The notes under the pieces were generated by a model. That model made no database searches. It had not been told where the DNA came from and saw only the letters and a program-made list of their open reading frames with translations. Position numbers and translations under genes: made by a program. Source: Podospora anserina (lineage: Eukaryota). From it: DNA of 64,000 nucleotides. The first letter of the stretch is position 1. Each line of letters begins with the position of its first letter. Positions 35,230 through 50,146 of the stretch are shown here, piece by piece. Location of the stretch: NCBI GenBank assembly GCA_017654855.1, contig CM030337.1, positions 2,108,001 through 2,172,000 of the forward strand, read 5' to 3'.

Positions 35230-35838
35230 CCTGTGGCGATTCGGTCGTCAGTCGGGGGAAGCAATGTGCGCTCGGGTTGTCGAGGTGCGAGTTGGAAGGT
35301 GTTTGCGATTGTGAATTGATGGATCTTGGACCAAGTTGGTTCAGGAACCCCAGGCTTGGCCCAGGCGCGGACATCCGCTGAACAGCTGCCAGGGTCCCTG
35401 GTGATTGCCCGCTATTTGTGGGGCATGTGGTGGCCAATCAGATCTCATAGTTCTTTAACCTCACTTACACGACTTACACCATGAAACACTTCCCAAACCA
35501 GCAACGGAACAGAGGTGTTGAAGATATCTTGCAGAGTATCGAGCATTGAGATTCTCAAGGATTAAATTGAGGTATTGCAACCACGTATCCTATATCATCT
35601 CCATGGTCCTTTCCGCAGAATAGTAGAGCAGTATCTGAAACTGGAAGGAGTGGAAGCACCGAATTGGGCCACCTGCAGGCACAGCTCACTTGTTCATGCT
35701 TTGGGCGCACAAAAAAAAAAGAAATGATGGGAATTTTCTCATAACAAAGGAGTCGTGTCCAGCACATTGCTCCATTCTTCTGCAATACAAGTCTTCCGCT
35801 CAAGCAGAAAATCAGATCCCCGCCCCCGTCAAACGACT

Positions 35839-37414
35839 TCAAACTTGAAGCGTTGCAAAGTAGTCGTCTACCAGCCTGCCAACTGTCTCCACAATCCACT
35901 CAACATCCTCTTTCCGAATATTGAAGGCCGGCGAGATTATGATATGGTCCCCCAGACGCCCGTCCGCCGAGCCTGCTCCAGGATATACATTGATGCCATA
36001 TTTGGGGTCCAATCCAAGCTTGCTGATGACCATGGCTACATGAACTTCTTCCGGGAATGGTGTCGAGCTTTTCTTGTCCGAAACAAACTCGATTCCCCAG
36101 AACAGACCACGACCTCGAATATCAGCGACATTCGGGTGGTTGCCAATACGCCCTTTCAGCCCTTGAGATAGCAAGCGGCCCATGTTAGCGACATTTGCCA
36201 CGAGGCTTTCTTCTTGGATGATGCGCTGGACTTCGAGGGCAGCCGCACAGCAAGCTGGATGGCCTTGGTAGGTGTGACCGTGAACGAATACACTAGGCTA
36301 ACAGTTAGCAGATTACTCGAACAATCGGCCATCACCACATACGAGCTTCCTTTCGCGATTCCATCAATGACCTTGTGGTTGGCCAACAGCCCAGCTATTG
36401 GTTGATAGCCACCACCAAGCGCCTTTCCGATGGTTTGGATATCTGGAACGACACCCTCCTGTTGCCATGCGTGCAAGGTACCACTGCGGCCCATGCCACA
36501 CATCACTTCGTCGAAAATCAGAAGTGCCCCATATTTGTCACACACGGCTTTCATAGCCTTGAAGTATCCCGGGACCGACGGCACACAGCCTTGAGCCTAA
36601 CGGAACAAATATTAGCACACTGCTGGATGATCCTAGGCTCAGTCAAGACATACTGCACCGACGATAGGCTCGGCAACAAAAGCGCAGACAGTCTCGGGCC
36701 CAACCTTCCGGAACTCCTCATCGAGCTCTTGCGCCAGCTCCGCGACATATTCCTCGTTGGTCTTTGTGGGAGCTTTGAACCGGGATTCGTTGCATGGAGA
36801 GACCTGGGAAACGTTTTTCATCAAGAGTGGTTCAAACTTTTCGCGTCTGTACATGTGACCACCCATGGCCAACGCCCCAAGGGTGATGCCGTGGTAGGAC
36901 TGTCTCCGTGAGATAAAGCGAGTCCTCTGCGGCTGTGATGGTTTGACCTCGATAAAGTATTGCCTCGCGAGCTTGATAGCCGCCTCCATTGCTTCGGAGC
37001 CTGCTTCTGGTCAGCTTGGGAGCAAGAGGATACAACGTGACGAAAGAACTTCCCTGAGTTGACGATGTAGGCCCGCGCCATCTGTCCTCCTGTCGAATCG
37101 ACCAAGAAGCGACAGAGCTCTTCCTGTACTTTGGTGGTGTAGAAGACGGTACTGCAGTACGGGGCATCAAGGATCTGCCGATAAGCAGCGTCGGCCACTC
37201 TCTTGTTACGATAGCCTATACAGCTGACTGCGGCGCCTCCGGAGGCATCGAACACACGCCGACCATCTTCGAGGATTAGGTAGTTGCCTTCGCTTTTGGA
37301 AAGGACGAGGAAGTCTTCGGAAAGGTGTCTGTGCAACACAGCCGAGCTGCCGACTGCCTGGGCCCCGTCGGTGCCTTTCATTTCGGCCTGGGGATCAAGC
37401 TTGATCAACACCAT
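35839..37414 (-). CDS. PLP-dependent class III aminotransferase; exons 37054-37414, 36654-37000, 36343-36596, 35839-36292 (first donor non-canonical, may be inactivated)
   Basis: DASGGAAVSCIG, NSGSEAMEAAIKLARQY, SYHG, FVAEPIVG, IFDEVMCGMGRSG, GKALGGGY (PLP lysine), HGHTYQGHP, RGRGLFWG. Confidence 0.9.
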
Positions 37415-40400
37415 GGTGACGAACAGTATGGGCTTGTGTTGAGTTCACTTGGGTTTGACGGAGACCGCTTGCCCGGGGAGAGCATACATACTGGCTTATT
37501 TGTATGCGGAACATCGCTCCCCATCTCAACAGTCCACGGGCGAGCACACTACAACCTTGTCCTGACCAAGGGACAAGAGCGCGGAATTCCTGGCCAATCC
37601 TACCACCGCGGACCATTTTCCAGCACATACATGCGGGGCAGCCCACCGACATACCCGTCAACATGCTGGAAGTATATGGGATGGAGACTCTTTGTCTGGG
37701 TCGTGGACAAGTGGACCTCCGGGTGCTGGCATGATTCGCCGACCTCCACGACCAGCACTGCACAATCCACTAGTCTAGCTCCTACTTGTCTAGGAGGGGC
37801 CCTGGAGCATCGATAACAAACCTTCTCAGCTTCCATTTTGGACGACACGAACAAAACACGCAATGGAGACAGCTTCAAGAGAGCACCAGAGGTCATATGT
37901 CAGGCACACCCTTAGGAACGGTTACAAGGGGTACCACATGTCACACGTGCAACAAACGACCTGCACTCTGCCGCCTTCAAACCGCCCTCGAGGTGGTTGT
38001 TGCTGCTGTGCGACCATGGACTTCAAAGCCCCCTTCGGCAGCCACACGTCCACACGGCGGAAGCTTGGGTGTGAGGGGTAAAAAGCCAAGGGGTCTAATT
38101 CGGCATGCCGATTTCGGCCCAAGTTGTCGATTATCACCCGCAGCCACCCTGGTCCTGTCTCTACCAAACAACGCAGGATCATCAGGAAATCCTCCCGCTT
38201 CACACCAACAGACTGCTTGACGCCAGCTCTCCATGTCGTACCAGAGCTCAGCTTACCACATAGATTCGTTGACATTTCCCTTCCTGGACATCCTTTGGCC
38301 CGCTGACAATGGCTATCGACGGGCGACTTGGTCCTCGTTCGGTCCCTTCGGGATGGCACCCCCAGCTTACTCGGCAGGCCGAGGGGAGCCGCACGGGCCT
38401 TCGGCACGTCTCTTGCCGAAGATAAAGAGCGACCACTCAGCCTCGCCGGACCTCCATCCCGATACCACAGTCCGAGGCCTGATGGTGATGATATGACACA
38501 TACGTCGAGACCTATAGAGGTGCTTTCACCATACCATTCAATGCGACGTCCAACCTTTGAAGGTTTATGCCGCTGACACACACCGCTTGTTTTGTGCTAT
38601 CGAGACCGTTGGTCTTCGCGATGGACCGTCTCCTATCTCGGGAGCATGGCCCCGTCATCAGTGTGACCACTGGCCTTCAGCCTTTGAATCATACAACCGG
38701 TATTGTATCTGTCAGCCAGGTTGGCATCAATCATACGAGTACGGCGCCTTCGGTGTGACTGTTTACCTGCTGAGTGGGATCTGCGTCTGAGGTGCTCCTC
38801 CGGCATTCCCTTTTCATATGACAGGGCCAACTAACACCGTCTCTCCTTGACGATTACTGGTCAAGTTCCCCGCATGCAGTCCGTTTTCTGGCGTCTACAT
38901 TTCGCACAGGGCGAGTGCCGGATCGTGGCTTTTGCATGGTCATACTACTGCGGAATGTGATACCGGTACCCCCTCCGCTAGAGGTCGGTAGCCATATAAT
39001 TTGTCTTTCCAACTCACGAGTTCTGATCAAAGTTGAAGCAGCATTGCAGCACGCATGATCTTGAGACGCGGTTCTAGAAAGTCCTGTTTCAGCCGCCAAA
39101 CTCCTGAAGACTTCAATGCCGTACTTTTTCCACACCTTTGCCCCTGATCATCTTGGTGGGATGAAGCCCAGATTCTTCCATCAACGTCAACATTGGCAGC
39201 ATTCGCGGCTTGCCGTGAGAAGGTCTTAATTTGCGGGCTGGCTGCATCTGGTTCCGAGACAAGGGCATGCTTTCGGTGAGCCTTGAGGTTCACGGGACGA
39301 GCAATGCTGGTCTGTACTGATGCCGCTATGCTTCTAGCCATTGAGCGATAAACAGCCACCTCGACTGGCAGTACTCCCTGGACTGTTCAGTTGAGGAGCG
39401 GGATGTGGGAGACCAGGATAACCGTTGGCCAGGATTCACCCGCTCCCGTCACGAGAATAAGGGCGGCCACGTCAACTTCCTGAACTTGACCTGGGGAGCC
39501 CAGCCTCCTTCCCGACAGTTCGGTAACCAATTAGATATATCTCTCGACGCTCGTATTGACAAGGATATCCATGGCTTGTTATGGTGCTGTCTGCATATCA
39601 AAGCACTCGGGTCTCGGTTGAGCCAGTTGAAAAACAAAGCACCCGTCTAGAAGGTGCTTGGATGGTGGTATCGTAGGAAAAGGAGGTGGCGAGCCCTGCT
39701 ACATACCTACGGGGGCCTCTGTTTGGCTTTATCTACCCCAATCTCGAACCAATGACACTACTCAGACTCTCGATAGACAAAAGACACCAAGCCTTGGTGT
39801 CATAGCAGAGGGCGTTGCGCAACATTGGACCGCATGATACCGAGACCCAATGCGGGAAAGCCCCTCAAGCACACATTGGAGGGAAGAAGGCGAGACAACA
39901 ACAATAGCGGCCCGCCAGAAGCCGCGAGGCTCGCACGGAAGGAAGGAAGCAGGATGTTGATTCTCGTATTGGTTCGTGAATCATGGAAGAACCCAGGCGG
40001 ACTGCTGCCTTCAGTGGGCAAGAATGGGACAGCGGGACAGACAGTGTGTTCATGGTCATGGGGACTTGGTTTTTCTCTTCTTCATGATGATGTGCAGGAA
40101 ACACAGTCTGCCGACGTGCCCAAGTTCGCGCTGCTTGATAGGCACATCGTCGAGCTCGGGGAGGTTACGCTGTGTGTATATGTGCTGGCCTACCTACCTA
40201 CCGGGCGGGCTCCTCCGATTTGTTGGAGGGTCGCTTGGTCTTTCAACCAGTAGTTACTCTACCTTGGGGTTGTTTTGGTGCTGTGGCTTGATAGTTTGAT
40301 GCCCTGGGTTGTTGGAGGGTTGCAATATGACTAATGATAAGTTTTCTTGGGCAGGGGCAAGAAACTGTTGGTATCATGCTCTCCGTGGATAGAGAGGTTT

Positions 40401-40518
40401 ATCTGCCCATCCGTGGTGATATTCTGGCTTCCTGTGTGAATCGAAGTGTGTAGGTGTTGATACCAGTTAACGAAATCTTTCAGCTGCTTCAAAAGCCACA
40501 AGTCTGGCGCAGACTGTC

Positions 40519-40637
40519 ACATACGACCATAGCCAGCTAAAAATACGGCATCCCGTCCGCTCTGCCCTCGTCAAATAGCTGTGCGCCGAACTAGTACTCA
40601 GGTGGGTGACCACTGGGGAATCCTCGGTGTTGTATGT
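40519..40637 (+). rRNA. Dispersed 5S rRNA gene (divergent variant)
   Basis: 119 nt starting ACATACGACCATA and ending GGTGTTGTATGT; conserved ATCCCGTCCGCTCT, CTAGTA, GGTGAC and GAATCC blocks; helices can pair. Confidence 0.93.
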
Positions 40638-40641
40638 TTTT
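40637..40641 (+). terminator. RNA polymerase III terminator (T5) of the 5S gene
   Basis: TTTTT directly at the 3' end of the 5S sequence. Confidence 0.8.
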
Positions 40642-41083
40642 GCTTATTGCTCATTGTTTTTTGCTCATTGCTCATTGCAGTGAATGAGCTCTTTCATATT
40701 TGAAGCATGGCTTTAATCAGTCTAACCAGGTATCTAGCCTATGGATAAAGAGGGCTATAAGGCTTTGCTATATTTTTTTGGAGCTTGATCGAAAGGGGTT
40801 CGTTCACCCTTGAGATTTCGCCTTCGGCCATGCTGTAAGCTTCTTTTGCTCTGAAACTGTCAAACATGTACTTTTGATGAATAGGAGGAAGACAGAGCAT
40901 AATGACAAGTCCTCCATCTCCTTTGAGTTATGAGAACGGCACAAAGGAGGTATTCCTACACACCGAGAGTTGACCTGGGTGAGAAGGTCAAGGTCAACAC
41001 TGGCCGTGCACTGGCTGGGCAACCGTAAGGGAGCCCCGCAGTTGCCATTGGACCTGAATCAATTAAAACCCCTGTCAGGGGCG

Positions 41084-41120
41084 ACGCGCAGCAAACGCGA
41101 AACCGCGACGGGACGCGCGC
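41084..41120. promoter_or_regulatory. Cluster of MCB/SCB-like CGCG elements upstream of MCM3
   Basis: ACGCGC, ACGCGAAA, CCGCGA and ACGCGC within 37 bp, about 200-240 bp before the ATG. Confidence 0.65.
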
Positions 41121-41248
41121 TGGAGTCTGCTTTGCGAATGAATTCTCCCCACTCTCGCCGGTCAGGCATTGCCAGAGAAAGAACGCCGCTTTCTGCCACT
41201 GTCCACAACACAAACAACACCCACCCACCTTGACACATTGTGTCTTCT

Positions 41249-41278
41249 TCACCACCACCACCACCACCACCACCACCA
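41249..41278. repeat. (CAC)n microsatellite in the MCM3 5' region
   Basis: About 9-10 tandem units visible. Confidence 0.85.
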
Positions 41279-41321
41279 AATCCAATTCCCATTTTGATAC
41301 CCGGTGAACACATACGACAAG

Positions 41322-44110
<2,789 letters not shown>

Positions 44111-44303
44111 GGGGTGGTTTGTGGGCATCATAGCACATGGGCTGGTTTATGGCTGTAGAACTGAAAGTAGAAAGCAAGCATGATGGATGGTCTTGTCATT
44201 TTTCCATGAGAAACCCAACCGTGATTCGAATTCAACGCCATGCCTACCCCGCAACCCGCCAAAACAACACGAGATAAGAGAGATCTATGATATCATCTCG
44301 GTA

Positions 44304-45681
44304 TTACTTCCCCTCTCCCTCCCCCAACCCAACCCTCTCCATAAAGCTCTTCAACCTCTCCCCCACCCGCTCCCCGTTCCACCTCTCCTCCTCCCCTTCC
44401 CCTTTCAACTCGGGCATACCAACCTGCTCAATAGCAAAACTCGCCGCCACGGCCCCCCACCCAACCGCCTCCTCAATCCCCTTCCCCCTCGCCAGCGCAA
44501 CCCCCAACCCACCCAAGAAGGTATTCCCTCCCCCAGTCGCATCTTTCACCTTCTCCCTCCCCTTCTCCCCCGTCCAGTAAGCCGGCAACCACCTCTCAAC
44601 CCCCTCGTCAACCTCAATCTCCTCCCTCGCCACCACCCCCTCCTCCTCTCCCACCCCCATCACCAACCCCCTAAACAGCTCCTCCATATCCGTCTCTTTC
44701 GTCAAACCCCCCCTGTGACCCACTACCTTCTTCATCGTCCTCTTCCTCCCCCCATTCCGCGCAATGTACGCCCCCTTTTCCCCCGCCCTAACAACCAGGG
44801 TATATGACTGCAGCGGCATGCTTGCCAAAAGCTGCTCACACCCCTTCTCCACCGCTAGGGCATCAACCCCCCCATCCTCCAACACCCCTGTCCCCCCAAG
44901 AAAGCCAGCAAGCTCGGCGTGGTTGGGAGAGCAAACGTCCACCATCGGGAGGGTGTTTGTGCAATTGAGCAACTCTTCCGGTGTGCACAAATCCGGGACT
45001 GGCTCCCAGATTATAACTGGGCGGGTGTGCTCCTCTGATGGGCGTTGATGACTGTAGTACCTCTTTCTGGCTGAGAGGAAGGTGGTTACCAGTTCTTGGC
45101 AGCGGAGGGGGGAGCAGATGAGGTGGAGGGACTTGGTTGTTAGTAACACTGGGGAGAGGGAGGCAAGGTCGTCGGTTGTGAGGCGGCGTTTGGGGGTTAG
45201 GTAGCGGAAGGCGCGGTGGGAGGGGTCGAGGGGGTTGGAGTAGCCGTTGTAGCCTTTTGTTGTGAGCCGGTCGGCGTTGTGGCGGAAAACGGCCGAGGTT
45301 TGCCAAGAGGAGAGGTGGGCTGATAGGGAGGGCGGGAAGTCTGAGCCGCAGTCGATTATCATGGATGTTGTTGATGACAGAAGGGGAGGGGGGGAGAAGA
45401 GGCGGGCGCCGAGGAGGGAGTATGTTCCTGCTCCGCCGGGGATGTTCAAACTGGGGGGGAGGGAGAGGGAGGGGGGATGGTGAATTTCATCTTGACAAGA
45501 CAGTTAGTGATATGTTGGGGATATAAAGAGGGGGTGGGAGAGGGGTACCAATTATGAACATCCCCAAGGTAACAAAATCTATCTCTTGAGTGGGGGGGAT
45601 TTCGTTCCACGATTCGAGTACTTCTTCCTCACCGGCGACGGCGTCTGTTGGGTCTGGCTCCGGCGGCGGCGGCGGTGTCAT
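44304..45681 (-). CDS. PfkB/ribokinase-family protein (Mak32-like); intron 45491-45548
   Basis: FVTLGMFIIDEI start, PGGAGTY, WEPVP, SPNHAEL, DATGGGNTFLGG, ASFAIEQVGMP. Confidence 0.88.
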
Positions 45682-46575
45682 GATGTCGGTTGCTTGCTTG
45701 CTTGGCAATCGGGGTTCAAGACCGAACTGTTGTGTGACGCCTATTTCCCAAACAAAAGAATCACAAATATCTCGTGCCCTTTTGGTAACAAAAACGAGTG
45801 TGTCTGTGTGAAGGTCGATGAAATGAGCGAGTGGTGAGTCCTCAGTCGAACCACATCCCACTCCCACTCTCCGGTGGTCCACGCCCGGCTGAACCGCGAT
45901 TGGAAGGCAACAACTCCCAAGATCCCAACCAAACAGCTGCCAACGTGGTGACTGGTTCAGGGCGAAGGTGCGGCCCAATTAGGTGACTTGCAGCAGCAGC
46001 TTCCAGCTCTTAAAAGCTTGCAGTTAAGCTCACCTAACCTACCACTTAAGCAAAAAGTGGGGCTGGTGCCAGCTATGCTATGCCATGCTACGCCCACCTA
46101 CATATACATATATATTTATATATATATATACGTGTCATTCTACATCCATCTCAAGGCACCACCCCATTTCACATCTGAGATATGATATTCGACTATGCCA
46201 TCATGCGAGTACATTCGTCTCTCATCAACTCCTACAACAACCGATCAAACAAACCCATCATGTTACACAATACACCCTCTCCCAGCCTAACCACGCTCAA
46301 CATTCCCTATTCCATACATACCAAACGTCCAAAACTTCCAAAAAACATTCAAATAAAAATCCCATTTTGTCCCGCAAACAAAAATCCCCAAAAATCCCCA
46401 AACCCCCATATCAAGTACCTAAACTAAAAACCCAGGCTTTCCCATAACCCCATATCCCATGAAGCGAAATAATAAACACAGACACCACAAAAACGTATCA
46501 TGCCAACATATCCCTCCAACTATTTCTCTATGTGTTTTCATCATTGCCCGTCCTGCCGCAAGCGTGTGAAAGAGC

Positions 46576-49398
46576 CTACATCATATTCCCTAACCCAGCC
46601 GCCGCAGCTACATTATCAAACCCAAGCCCGTGCTGGGCCTCGCCGTTGATCCCAAAGAATTGAAACCTGTCCCTCCCATGTCAGCCAGTCATTCATACTG
46701 TAAAAAAAAAACGATGAAAAAAACAATAAAAAACAATAAAAAAAACAATAAAAAAACAATTAAAAAAAAAGAGAACTCACCAGTCTTCCACATTCATCGT
46801 CGAGGGAAGCGGCTGCCCCTGCACCGAGCTCGTGCTCCAGCTGTCGCTCGGGCTGTTGCCATCCACCATCTGGCTGTCAAAGTTCGTCTGCCAGATATTC
46901 GCCCCCTGGTTCCCCGGGAACCCAGCCATCCCCGGCTGGAGCAGTCCGTTCTTGTTGCTGTTGTTGTTCGTGTTTTGCATCGGGCTACCTGCTAATCCTC
47001 TATTGGTTGGCAAAGCTTGTCCAAACTGATGTTGTCCGTCCACGGGGGCGGGCCCACCTTGCATGTTCTGGTTCTGCATCTGAGCCATGACCGAGGCGTC
47101 CATGTTCTGATGGTGCTGGTGCGGCGAAAACTGCCCCTGGAACGGCGCTTGGACACCCTCGGGGAACAACTGATCCGGTTGAAAGTTTTCCCAGATGGAC
47201 TGCGACAGGTTAGGTGAGTTTCTCGTGACCAGATAGAGGTCCGGCGGCGTGGCTGGAACAGAGAACGAAGGGTTAAATGGCGTTGCCGGTCGGGTGTGCG
47301 GGCGTGAGGCGGTCCCGCCCATGAACGCGTCGCCGTTGTTGCGGGTGTGAGGCGGCGGTGAGGTCGTGGCTGTGGCGGTGGCGGTGGGGGGAGGCATCGC
47401 GTTTGGATTCTGCTCCTTGTTCAGGAAACTGGGCGTTTGTGGCCGGGACCGTTCATAAGACTCCTGGTGCTGTGGCTGTGGCGTGTTAACCGAGAAATCG
47501 ATCGCCATCTCGTCGTATTTGCGCTTCTCTTGCATCCGCTGATGCTGTTCCAGCTGAGAAAGGCTCTGCTGCGCCTTGCGGTGTCTCTTGCCAGCCGCCT
47601 TCTGCAGCCTCTCCTCAAGCACCTTGTTTCCGAGAATCGACTCGAAAAGGGTGTGTACCATCTTGCCCACCAGCCAGACTTTGGACACATCCTTAAGAGC
47701 ATCCATGCAAGTGCGGATCCGATCCTGCGTAACCTGTCGAATGGACTGCACCGGTGACCTGAGCTGGTAGACGTGCATGATGAGCGCCGAGAACAAGCTG
47801 TACACCACGTACGCCGGGCAGTAGCGGAGCTCCCCGTGAGCTGTGAGGTTCTCAATAATCGAGGTAATCATGGCCGCCGCCTGGAAAGCAATGTTGCGTG
47901 ATGGGTAGGCCGAGTCTTCTGGGAACCTGTGGGAGCCACTCGGAGGCATGTGGGCGCGGTGAAGCAGGCAGAGTGTGGTGTAGTAGTTGGAATGAAGCAG
48001 TGCAGACCAGAAGTGATGCCTCGGCATCTCCCAGTACACAATCTTGGGGCAGTTCTGAAGCCAGTCCGCAAGCGCCATGTCGCTGTGTGTGAGGTCGATG
48101 GCGTTCTGCCGCCTGCCCTTGGCCGCCACCGAGTACTGCTGCGACAACACCAAGCCCATAATCTCACAGAGCTTGACATACTGCAAGAAGAACTGAACGT
48201 GAATGGGATCTGGCGGGTGTTCGCCAGTAGGGTGGTCGGTATCGTCCTCGATGAAGTCATCCTCGGTCAACATCTCCACGTCCGAATCATCGAGGTTGAT
48301 GTGACAAGGCCGCCCAAGCGCAACCGCCACTGACCGATCCCTAGTGAACAGTGTCCACCAGATGCGCTTCCATAACCTCTTGTCAGACCTGCTGAGCTGT
48401 GACCCCTCCACACTCCGGTGCATGCCCGAGCCCTGGGCGACGATGGTGGCGACACGGGTCCAGTAAAACACATTCTTGGTGACGTCCTCGGGACCTTCCC
48501 AGTACCACCCCATCAACAAAAGGGACTGGACAATGGTCACCCGATCATCCTCATAGTTGGCATCGTACAGAGCCTTGGCTCTCTTGTAGAAAGTCAAGGC
48601 TGCCGGCGTCGAAGAGCCGTTGGCGTCCATCAGCTGAGAATTGGTACACACCCGTGACCCTGCCAACAGCATGGCTTGTAGCAGAAGCAGAGACGGCGGG
48701 TTCTTGGGGTCCTTGTACCGGCGCATGAACTTGGTCTTGTTGATCACAGGGACGACGGGATGGATCCATCTGAAGTATGAGTCGATCAGCTCGTCGCAGA
48801 GGGACCTTGGCGGGAGCAGGAAGGCTCCTCGCTGGTGCAGGATTTCAATCTCGACATTGTCCAGCTCTGTCAGTCGTGCCCTGGATCCCTTGATATTCTC
48901 TGGCAGCGGGTAGTGGACGACATCTGCCGAGCTCTGACGGTCGTGAACAAGCAGCGTCAGGTTGGAAGACTCTCCAAGGTAGGCCACCCTGCCGGCCTCG
49001 GTGATGGGGGCCCGCGTAAACTTGGGCTTCATGACCAGATTCATATAGTTGGCCAAGGTGGCATTATCAAACTCCTCCTTCTTCTGTTGCTCCTCGGTAG
49101 GGGCGGTCAAGGGGGTAGCTTCGTGGGTGTGATAGACAGCAGGAGGTCGGGTGCCACTGGGAAAAGTGCTGGACCCGGGAGGAAGTGATGATGATCGATC
49201 GTCGACCTCGCCTCGTTCACTACAGCCGCCGCGTCAGCATCCAACTATCAGACCGAACAAGCATATAAACTTTGAGCTATCAAGCACAGCACAGCAAGCG
49301 CACAGACGAGAACCCCGAGTGCCTGGGCGAACCCGTGGAGAGCGAGGGCCTGCCACGCTATTTGTCGCAAAGCAAATAGATCAGGAGACAAAAGATAT

Positions 49399-49442
<44 letters not shown>

Positions 49443-50146
49443 TGGTGTCATTTACCTATCAGAATCCTTGGACTGGGCGATGCTGCTAGCCACCTTTTTG
49501 CGCTTCGGGGTAGGGATGCGGCATTCGATCTGAAAGGCGACGCAGTTGGTACACGGCACGCCGAGGCTGGCGGCATCGCATCGAACCTGCAACACTTGAC
49601 GTGAGCAAAACAATACGATAAGACGAGAGATGGCATGTTCGTACTTTGCGTGCGTGGCATGTCTGTCGGGAATGACTGGTCAGCTTTCGAGGTCCCCAAT
49701 GATAACCAACAGCTTGGGGGGAGGGGGGTACGGATGAGCCGAGGCACGAGATAGGCGAGGTATCGCGAATCGCCGAGGGGCAGGTCAGGCCGCGGGTTGT
49801 CACCAAAAGATAACCCACCAGCCAAGGCTGCTGAAATATGGGACGTGATATAACAGTAAACTACTCACCTCGCATGCTCTTGAGGCTCGTTGTCTGTTTC
49901 AATGGCAACAAGACAAAGTCAGCGCAAACCGCTCCACACCCTCAACTCCCCCGCATGGCGCAACGCCGCAGCGGCCGCACCGGGAACCCACCTCCTGAAG
50001 CTCAATCCACCGGCCGTGTTGGTTGTGGATGTTGTGCCTGCCGCTGACGGGGCGGCAGATGGCGATACCGACTGTTGCGGAGATGTGGACGTTTGCTTGT
50101 TGGATGCCGGCGCGGGGGCTGCCGGAGGCGTTGAATCGATGTCCAT
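46576..50146 (-). CDS. CTF1A: Zn2Cys6 transcription factor CTF1-alpha/FarA (fatty acid and cutin utilisation); exons 49992-50146, 49869-49893, 49645-49662, 49456-49586, 46781-49219, 46576-46666
   Basis: Spliced zinc cluster RASRACETCHARKVRCDAASLGVPCTNCVAFQIECRIP; MKPKFTRAPITEAGRVAYLGESSNL; fungal TF middle domain; C-terminal NVEDWFQFFGING. Confidence 0.93.
46701..46770. repeat. A-rich (AAAAAACAAT)-like degenerate repeat in the last CTF1-alpha intron
   Basis: Repeated AAAAAACAAT units visible on the + strand. Confidence 0.75.
49399..49444. repeat. (GT)n microsatellite in CTF1-alpha intron 4
   Basis: About 20 GT units. Confidence 0.9.

Noticed and set aside
38500-39700. Coding-like sequence between the aminotransferase and the 5S gene (fragments such as WKKYGIEVFRSLAA and LILVTGAG)
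   Set aside because: No consistent frame, splice model or recognisable family; may be a relic but cannot be supported without a search.
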